This document shows positions 60,601 to 64,000 of a stretch of DNA of 64,000 nt, piece by piece. The stretch is from Thermoplasmatales archaeon SW_10_69_26. GTDB lineage: Archaea > Thermoplasmatota > SW-10-69-26. The notes beneath the pieces were generated by a model. That model did no database searches. It was not told where the DNA came from and saw only the letters and a program-made list of their open reading frames with translations. The position numbers were made by a program, and so were the translations under genes. Each line of letters begins with the position of its first letter. The stretch's first letter is position 1. Location of the stretch: positions 32,730-96,729 of the forward strand of contig PXUB01000042.1 of assembly GCA_003009755.1 (NCBI GenBank), written 5' to 3'.

Positions 60601-62390
60601 CCGAGTGGGGCGGCGGCGAGCTCGCCGAGCTCAAGGAGTGCAGCGACCCCGACTGCAACAACGTCGGCACCACCCGCGCCGACGTCATCCCGCCGCGGGA
60701 AGCCGACATGGGCGTCGACGTGGCCGTGGTCGCCGATCCGCCGCTCGTCGTCGGCGAACCCGTCGACGTGCGGGTCACCGTCACGAACGACGGACCGGCC
60801 ACCGTGCCCGCCTACGAGGTGCGACTGCTGGCGGGCGTCGTGAGCCTGCTCGAGGACGACCCGCTGCGCGTGACCGACCCGCTCGCCCCCGGCGAGACGT
60901 GGACGCGCACCGTGCGGATGATCCCCGGCTTCGGCGGCAACCTCGACCTCGTCGGCCAGGTCAGCGCCGACGAATCGCTCGTCCGCGAGCTCCGGGGTCT
61001 GCAACCCGGCGGCGGTACGTTCGACGACGACAACGTCGACGACCGTCGCATCCCGGTCGTGGCTCGCGGCCTGTCGGTCGACGTGCCTCGCGCCATCGAC
61101 GGTCAACCGATCGCCGACAACGGCACGCTCGAGGTCCCCGTCACGTTGACGAACCTCGGCAGCGAGGAGCTGAACGTGAGCGCGGCCGCCAGCACCGACA
61201 GCGGCATCGGCACGCTGGTGGACGAGGACGGGGACCCGCTCGGGTCCGTGGACCTCGCCCCCGGCGAGGCCCAGAACGGGACGCTGCTGCTGCTCTACGA
61301 GCAGCTGCCCGACGCTGGCCGGCAACCGGTCACGATCGACGCCGTGAGCAAGGCCGGCGTGGAGCGCGCCTCGGTCGACGTCGACGTGCCCGCCCGCACC
61401 GACGTCGGGGTTCGACCCGTCGTCGAGCGAGCCAGCGCCGGCAAGGTCCAGCTCCCGATCACGGTGGACGCCACCGGGAACTCCCCGATGGAGGCCCAGA
61501 TCGCGATCGACGCGCCCGGGCTCACGCCCGCGTCGCAGACGGTCGAGCTGGCCCCCGGCAACGCCACCCAGGTCACCGTCCCGACATGGCTGGACGCCTC
61601 TAGTGCCTCCACCGTGGAGGGCGAGGTCGTCGTGCGATCCGATACCCTGACACAGAAGGCTCCCTTGCGCATCACACAGGACGGCGACGTCATGCCCACG
61701 ATCGAGGACGCCCGCCCGACCGGCGGATCGAGCCCGCACACCTGGGTCGAGGTCTCCAACCTCGGCTCCACGGCCGGCAGCTTCGAGCTGGCGCTCGTGC
61801 AGGACGGTGAGACGCTCACGACCGAGACCGTGCGCGTCGACGGTCGCTCGACCGAGAACGTGACCCTGGAGGCTCTGCCGGACCCCGGTCCGGCCCAGGT
61901 CCAGCTGACCGCGCCCGCGACCGACGCCCAGCTGAACTGGACGATGGACGTGCCGGACCTGCAACCGGACATCCGGGTCCTGCACGCCCGCCTGGACCCC
62001 GTGTCGCCCGACGAGGGCGAGACCGTGGACGTGCAGGCGACGATCGCCAACGAGGGCGGCAGCGCCGTGGACCTGCGTCCGGGCCTGTTCGTCGACGGCG
62101 TGCTCCACACCGTGTCCGCGCAGACCCAAACGGTCGACCCGGGCAGCGTGACGAGCGTCTCGTTCGAGTGGACCGCCGACGGCGGCGAGCACACTCTGTC
62201 CGTGAGCGCGGACCCGCAGGACCGGATCGACGACGTCCGCGCCAGCGACGACGCCCTCGCACGCGAGGTCGAGATCCAAAGCGGGTCGGCCGCCGGTCCG
62301 CTCACCGTGGACCTGCTCCCGCTGCACCCGCTCGCGGCGTTGGCTCTGATCGCCGCGGCGGCCTGGCTTCGGAGGGATCACAGCGGATGA
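48624..62390 (+). CDS. Giant multidomain surface protein (~4590 aa): jelly-roll adhesin-type, CARDB and Cys-containing FN3 domains, C-terminal anchor
   Basis: 13.8 kb ORF; signal peptide KRAFTILLAL; DLS.(W/F)(A/G/V)G..V.L.F motifs; CARDB (PDLVV, VQNVG); CYR(I/V).A FN3 repeats; tail LPLHP + TM + RR; start codon inferred (CTG 48624, alternative GTG 48615). Confidence 0.9.
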   Translation: MKRAFTILLALMTIVPSIVPAAAQQPDPGPEDPAPEQPPEEPPEQPPEEPPEEPPEEPPEEPPEEPPEEPPEQPDPPESPADESPRATYFSEDFDDLSGFAQLQLEGDRNSESLWHVEPFGENGSKAAVLSDSQGLPRGLHQGIASPAVDLTPIPSLVQDQTANSAAEAGVERGSRASQEAVRSAVASEDTLDYFDDLSRNPVFEIGDLTLPQGQASLTLIHSFNFDRTQNEQGEAVSGFAVEARTPGGEWTPVQASALVEPAEEADAPGPRKQAEGVNVPGNVNPCSIEQSTQDILDSLPFRDVDEEAIPGYQECDQDGLSTEAETEANQYLITIGDTTFQVSTGPANNGTVQDEGAPLLPNAYIQPLDQRGYTGTSDSDDDGQADVVGHQFDLSPWAGKHVELRFRAGTSAVTEVPGGFWAIDHAEIKAPARSADLRVNLTAPSLDHEAPPERALDDRGLEEQFPVRAEIQNVGFTAQDGPFEVEFTIRQDGEPVDQTVVEADPGQLGFLNTTTVQYNLTALGSTPYQISAEIVSQHPDQRPTNDADADLLPVGVDESASIDIRPATTVTEPGELLSTTVVVEPDSNVPINGTLSLTAFPYDPETQLPIGDGKIELGEQQIQLPRAADKHPAGVEDALESAEFTRTLPKGAYLLVAQIGDSTSQTPIGVGTPPPPVLSEDFDRVDPGPESFSLTTDSGEWTARPAGDVRPVPSVIDPGSIVNGSAWVPLSHESTTLRPEGGENVTSGSVNQPSLPACPTPLILSVVVDEAGVECEVGEGGDRVGTPLVLRSPEGTQRIHAMATEVPLHDASEAKLEYLSSLVPPKGGSGVSEARVYVATDQDTQDLESQLTNPERCAPVSQAVDETAPNQTDLLAQGPCETVNPEPRERFLVQSVFDLEEIIRCELPKALETGGEAVTDVTCPGQSGGSQAACPSTGGAGAEGEVCTVSEPTQLAALAPMLSGTLVARHDEAHTWQRNAVDLDAWAGQNVTVGFVYIGESQEARQSYNVRPYGDVEPFAGAGVDFRSSVAGTATDPLSGTIGYEPTGQSQGAFLSSRVSVESDEGVKLEPTDTDRIRNRVVNTAQTVRPGTADTGWNTIGYDHATGLGDAETPLRSAAQVLTGNGDPVAEGAQAGDGIELGTREETDSGVELFPRRLHEDAKKAGQRAPSSLRAHADDPAVTVLGSPTIDLTGSENPHLRFRQKFDLQTEEGAQLVNEEFNLSKLASTLDLPSNVTNEKECAVGQRDAEAGPGGANVTLEGFHCLLEERRSQDDDYNVQNEILNPAVAEPSVSAGLYVRASPVGEDETQLVEPVDGYRYPIEDSAGFQPTLDYTVNSPDSYPGYQTGFSTNSAGDEAVWNQPVYKEARQPSFAGTPAWAGDSDVDGDDEADWVTSELDLSAFGGERVKLEFVLVGRQNHTTPGDPTEDAGTLLTEEPWSLDDIEVVESDVEGEVEIQSLDWPTTDLPVVTPGTDLPVRTTVTTPTGLDQTIHAKAVLVDANGCVRGSDTVQAQFENDAGRTEPMPPGATLTMPDMVIDGSNVDGATPWDVLVGVDVGQEPSVLAPSSVETRPIQGDVSRQISTGALDVSEGATIDMAAQDANCEPSADILTVTPQNTRPSVTKDVTDDRELTFEVLSDDAEEPDPGCDAARIVGDTRRSFGETGSCAPILLAVSEGQGSDAGGESLLLYSDQAPADSSENRTARVEAPSQRVPVGSPIEVSVDVPRDLDQAAMHVIDPSAPSPDPQRVWGGLGTTLDATEDTRIPLTLEDAGPKLLVLTGDSEDHPSTIGGTLVVGTNADSAGDPTVIDNKAEITTIAGEQEQLAVTDVSVTPSSALSTTSRTIEAEVQNTGTTTLENVTVEFSTEGTLVAEKSRSSLRAGESATFTVPDFSPGGEPSIVIRVDATSNEGLTATGAASARSLVEIGSLTPLENANSDGWNVQGDQAQFQNPETSEAPADTTGTVDLVRQATRAEEGARLEGLAGVAVQLDHKLDMEERFDGGQVVLSNDTGTRPLSVGDATKEMGPFSPIGGEALTGFRDRPDETVKLDTADASTEQLVEQTAVDRFGFPLLTDDPEDEPEPDAIVDCASRTFIDDQISVDRSQPYCEHAQATIPTPSTAMSRGVFHLQPSEFLSGEDSWTAEHDNGDEYNITVNEATSYVFLEGGRDLVASAQDQGKLSIAFEEARQLDPFFEARERPMSVEVCARFMSVEDDGNVTVRQEPDVVRRCTGLTHDESGDQLLEKPWSKTIVSIGNIPETGPGQDRYNIVRLELSLQQDRRSDDGTGLIGDGEDTRDSQGLDQPIRGWFVGPVTASAGDTEKTWTPDARALTQTDPNTGASAGQLDAAIDPGDNPGSDRREKQIDQFSAVGLTDVDIVKRSDGEVQTLTGKSTVSGIDDRRAKDDPTFKLPLTACAWSRAGSCSWTQIVDTYLGSNWGSTQDDKIQALATAPFAMNLTCSQPADLPFEVDNTNSDAKGDDDPPTASGCDRTTDLPGMGVQVLDSSTIDRGSGNACGDAEVGSPVLWRTRCLRGERWDASSTTTDENGDSIRFTNRPLEASVPGRLSDLTAQPNDTTSIEVTFDGQNGDLRVYACQRTDPLDCTVDDHFDALTLVDGDESPYVHEDLPEDSRWCYQVVVPNSPAANQRFRTACSSTLRSPASVTSFEARPNGTTSITVEWDRNDLDQHADADRFNVTRCTLQDHQDDSSACGSYADPVEEVDDGERFVDEDLDPGVYCYRIWAVHDRGGEDDLASDPVVDCGATDEGGDAVTGLFVQRESDPYERVLDFETVDREIEGRAPNLTVRWNNYTADGGGQTNYTVDRCDPQGDVDCWSGEGFETTNNQTVTLQSRYVDDEDLDTADRRCYRVIATTGEEPRSAPSNIDCGTTVETPSAPRALDVRRGADSSGDLRYTFDAPARDGGAIVENYTIERCSLSTVDDSCEDGEYTTVDNRSTAPAGDISETFETGSGPHCYRVSAVNVAGAGEPAVDCGTARGGEIGGQTPLRSKGHSLDYRIVMPVDLRFAADQAQVWAEPDFEELTKEDGNKDLSVSVRAQARIQGQDTWEDVPQCVTKERTDSNCNTGWQPVSGIATGNNLDLSRFVGQQVELAFRVQMAHPAVQVDPPSGDPEPALALNDVTVEAGYLQLVDLDMLLKAFTDPSIQGEGWNVRGVQLFGLPIKANVGLTDIDSKTLVEDELHVHTDTSAERDVFMSAAANVTVYNQGVEPETVPLEASLQARTSSSDPWQFSTSQGWTETDDPGIGADGKCNVDIRPDEVDLEPGRSKQIATRIVFTPEDGSGWLDPKNTPEDELLAQCFPASLGTSDSSYDFRLQINASEVPEGDYVSSDDRIEQTVRPNPFRDNLGDYRSHSPGLGIEDFSVEPTRPAPGQPVRVTANVSLTDQTSRGADIELRLVDPATGEIQRSLSGTDADTPITTFAPYRTTSLNWTLTDVPEGESMVNLTAEITRTNLENEEEVPTDSAAGWMARGSVEDDVRGYASDDVGALRTGGDARYQGGNTTYVTTQGQNEGDDGSVGILERCRSVVDPESGETCLNQGSDGELAAVIGTPWMKLEDSPPPLIGVRARWNFDSEDQNEDDPGHPVASGWAVQVCHVEEVRSGQCPINTRDDGDSGTEDGWAWRTVDVLRTSDGTLTEAVNPDSVLPRGECDDRQNSETTCSAVSEDWANMKTGDDVMTNTSAGFARDRSEEGAFRTVIASGTECPDLGEQHCPLSWNQTDGGDRDDHYRVRLVAFSSDNSRNDELTVSDITIAPVGLTGSQRQDTSGFPIPEKAPKAVPMNLDSLGEIGTKVDASVDEPEGWDASIDGLPATSTVEEGTEPRLLVEAPISPSGISQSATLNPRFGVQAEPLRSIEEVVPIGVQAGQHPDLVVEDVERTDDVKKGDETLVQVRVQNVGFETSEEVEVTGVARYDDGQVNLLEPPKDQDKVTLPALPPGVEETVVLKWTPSQSGNATVRVGADLTRAEPLSGPVVSEWGGGELAELKECSDPDCNNVGTTRADVIPPREADMGVDVAVVADPPLVVGEPVDVRVTVTNDGPATVPAYEVRLLAGVVSLLEDDPLRVTDPLAPGETWTRTVRMIPGFGGNLDLVGQVSADESLVRELRGLQPGGGTFDDDNVDDRRIPVVARGLSVDVPRAIDGQPIADNGTLEVPVTLTNLGSEELNVSAAASTDSGIGTLVDEDGDPLGSVDLAPGEAQNGTLLLLYEQLPDAGRQPVTIDAVSKAGVERASVDVDVPARTDVGVRPVVERASAGKVQLPITVDATGNSPMEAQIAIDAPGLTPASQTVELAPGNATQVTVPTWLDASSASTVEGEVVVRSDTLTQKAPLRITQDGDVMPTIEDARPTGGSSPHTWVEVSNLGSTAGSFELALVQDGETLTTETVRVDGRSTENVTLEALPDPGPAQVQLTAPATDAQLNWTMDVPDLQPDIRVLHARLDPVSPDEGETVDVQATIANEGGSAVDLRPGLFVDGVLHTVSAQTQTVDPGSVTSVSFEWTADGGEHTLSVSADPQDRIDDVRASDDALAREVEIQSGSAAGPLTVDLLPLHPLAALALIAAAAWLRRDHSG
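48735..48842 (+). repeat. Nine tandem 12-nt units encoding PPE(E/Q)
   Basis: PPEE/PPEQ x9 with varied synonymous codons. Confidence 0.9.
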
Positions 62391-64000
62391 GGGCTGCCCC
62401 CCTGATCCTGCTCGCGCTCCTCGTGCCCGTCGGGTTCCTGATCGTCACGGGCGAGGAAGCCCAGGCCCAATCCGGCGGCCCCGACTGGTACGACGAGGAC
62501 TGGCCCTTCCGGCTCGTCGTCCAGGCCGACCGGACGGCCCAGGTGACCGATCTCGGTGAAGCCCGGTCCGATCTCGTCGGCTACGAGATCGCCTTCGACG
62601 ACGCCCTCGACCGGGCGCAGTGGCCAAGCTCGCTCGTGACCGCCTCCGACCCCTCCTCCATCGTGGTCGTCCCCTACGGATCGCTGGCGGCCGGCACCCA
62701 GCCGGGGGACCCGCTCCCGCGCACCGTCTCCGACCCGGTCTCGACGACCGGCAGTTGCGAGGTCGGCGAGATCTCGCGCTGCCTGATCACCTGGGAACGC
62801 GTCCCGGGTGCGAAGGCCTATGGCATCTACTGGGCGCCCGATACCGCCAACGTCGACGTGCCAGACACCGGCGAGGGACCCCAGCTCGTCGGCACCACGA
62901 TGGGCCAAGAGCACTGGGCGTTCTTGCGTCCCTTCGACCAGCCGGACCTCCACGTCTCCCCCGTCCCCGACGACGCCCGGATCACCGCCTTCACCGCGAC
63001 CGGTCAGCAGACGATCTACGCCGACGGCAGCGGCTCCAACTGTGAGACGCGCAACGACGTGCTCACGTGCTCGGTGCCCTCCGTGAAGGTCCGCGTGCTC
63101 ACCAGCGAGCCGACGACCACGGTCGTCACCGAGAACAACGGACCGGCGACGTACCCGCTCGTCGGTCCCCAGGGCCAGGTCGGCAACGAGCTGCACGGCG
63201 TCATCCCCGGCGGGACCTGGGACGAACCGCCCGAGCTCGTGCTCTGGGCGCACAACGGCTCCTGCAGTGGCGGATGCGAGGTCGAGGTCAGCCCCGCGTC
63301 CACCCGGCAGAGCCCGGTCACCGTGACCTCCTCGGCGGCCGTCACCGTCGAGCTCTCGACCCGGACCGACCCCCAAGCCGTCGTCGCGGACGCGCCCGGC
63401 GACGAACAGATCCACGCCGCCTTCCGCGGGCCCGGGTTCATGCCTGTCGACGCCCGCGACGCCGAGCGGACGAACACGTGGCTGCCCGTCGACAGGTTCT
63501 TCTCCGCCCAGACCCCCCAACCGACCCGCGTCGATCTCAACGACATCAGCAAGTCGAAGGTCCTGCAAGAGGACCGCCGCGTCGATCCGCCGATCTCGCA
63601 GGTGTCGCTGGACCCCGAGACCGACACGCTCGAGGTCGTCTCCGAGGACCCCGTCTACACCTACGCCGGCCGGATCACCGACCTGACGGAGGCCACGCAC
63701 CAACCGATCCCCGCCCGGGATCGTCTCCCGGTGCCGGCCAACGCCCGCCTGCTGGCGCTCACGCCCCAACTCGGCGGCGCGACGCAGACGGCGAACCTCG
63801 AGTCCGTCTCCGGTCAGGACCCCACCACGCAACTGCTCCGCCTGTCCGCGGGGGCCTCCCGCGGGATCGTGGACCCCGGCAACGAGCCGTCCGTCGTCGG
63901 CGTCGACACGAACGCCCCGATGGGGTTCGTCGTTACGAACGAGGGAGCCGGCGACAGCAACCTGTTCGGTCAAGCTCTCGGCGTCCGGCAACCGGTGCAG
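62387..64000 (+). CDS. Secreted surface protein, continues beyond the window
   Basis: ATGA overlap with previous stop; MRAAPLILLALLVPVGFLIVTGEEAQA-QSGGPDWYDEDWPFR (W-x4-W-x-x-R motif seen at N-termini of DUF2341-type proteins); not listed in the ORF track, presumably because no stop falls within the window. Confidence 0.8.
   Translation, partial: MRAAPLILLALLVPVGFLIVTGEEAQAQSGGPDWYDEDWPFRLVVQADRTAQVTDLGEARSDLVGYEIAFDDALDRAQWPSSLVTASDPSSIVVVPYGSLAAGTQPGDPLPRTVSDPVSTTGSCEVGEISRCLITWERVPGAKAYGIYWAPDTANVDVPDTGEGPQLVGTTMGQEHWAFLRPFDQPDLHVSPVPDDARITAFTATGQQTIYADGSGSNCETRNDVLTCSVPSVKVRVLTSEPTTTVVTENNGPATYPLVGPQGQVGNELHGVIPGGTWDEPPELVLWAHNGSCSGGCEVEVSPASTRQSPVTVTSSAAVTVELSTRTDPQAVVADAPGDEQIHAAFRGPGFMPVDARDAERTNTWLPVDRFFSAQTPQPTRVDLNDISKSKVLQEDRRVDPPISQVSLDPETDTLEVVSEDPVYTYAGRITDLTEATHQPIPARDRLPVPANARLLALTPQLGGATQTANLESVSGQDPTTQLLRLSAGASRGIVDPGNEPSVVGVDTNAPMGFVVTNEGAGDSNLFGQALGVRQPVQ

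Noticed and set aside
48624-62390. Giant protein as an M6 protease or intein-containing protein
   Set aside because: No HExxH catalytic motif or intein splice-junction motifs noticed; only accessory-type domains
40000-63991. Very long minus-strand ORFs (1739, 2142, 1959, 537 aa)
   Set aside because: Antisense shadows of the GC-rich, acidic + strand genes; V/G/R-rich with no motifs

Overview
GC-rich archaeal chromosomal segment encoding a strongly acidic (Asp/Glu-rich) proteome. Gene content (Thermoplasmata/MGII-type Hjc, oapABC, Rieske/split cytochrome b operon with a cupredoxin, PGF-CTERM-like tails) suggests a halophilic Thermoplasmatota-like archaeon; this is inference. The left half (1-30.2 kb) holds housekeeping and accessory genes: antiporter, two MBL hydrolases, a SatD + membrane-protein cassette with a triple operator-like repeat, a PQQ-dehydrogenase-cupredoxin fusion, hjc, oapABC, a bacterial-style cysteine synthase / JAB / Ubl-E1-rhodanese / Ubl operon, a stand-alone PaaA-like diiron protein near a ferredoxin and a DUF59 protein, pdxT, a broken ABC transporter, an M14 peptidase, four tandem cold-shock genes and a bc-type complex. 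The right half (30.6-64 kb) is one co-oriented cell-surface locus: three unanchored secreted acidic Cys-rich proteins (two are full-length paralogs), each followed by an 8-bp hairpin, then membrane-anchored proteins including 2727-aa and ~4590-aa giants, and a further gene running off the window. Several short deletions and frameshifts may be assembly errors. No rRNA, tRNA, CRISPR array or transposase was recognised.
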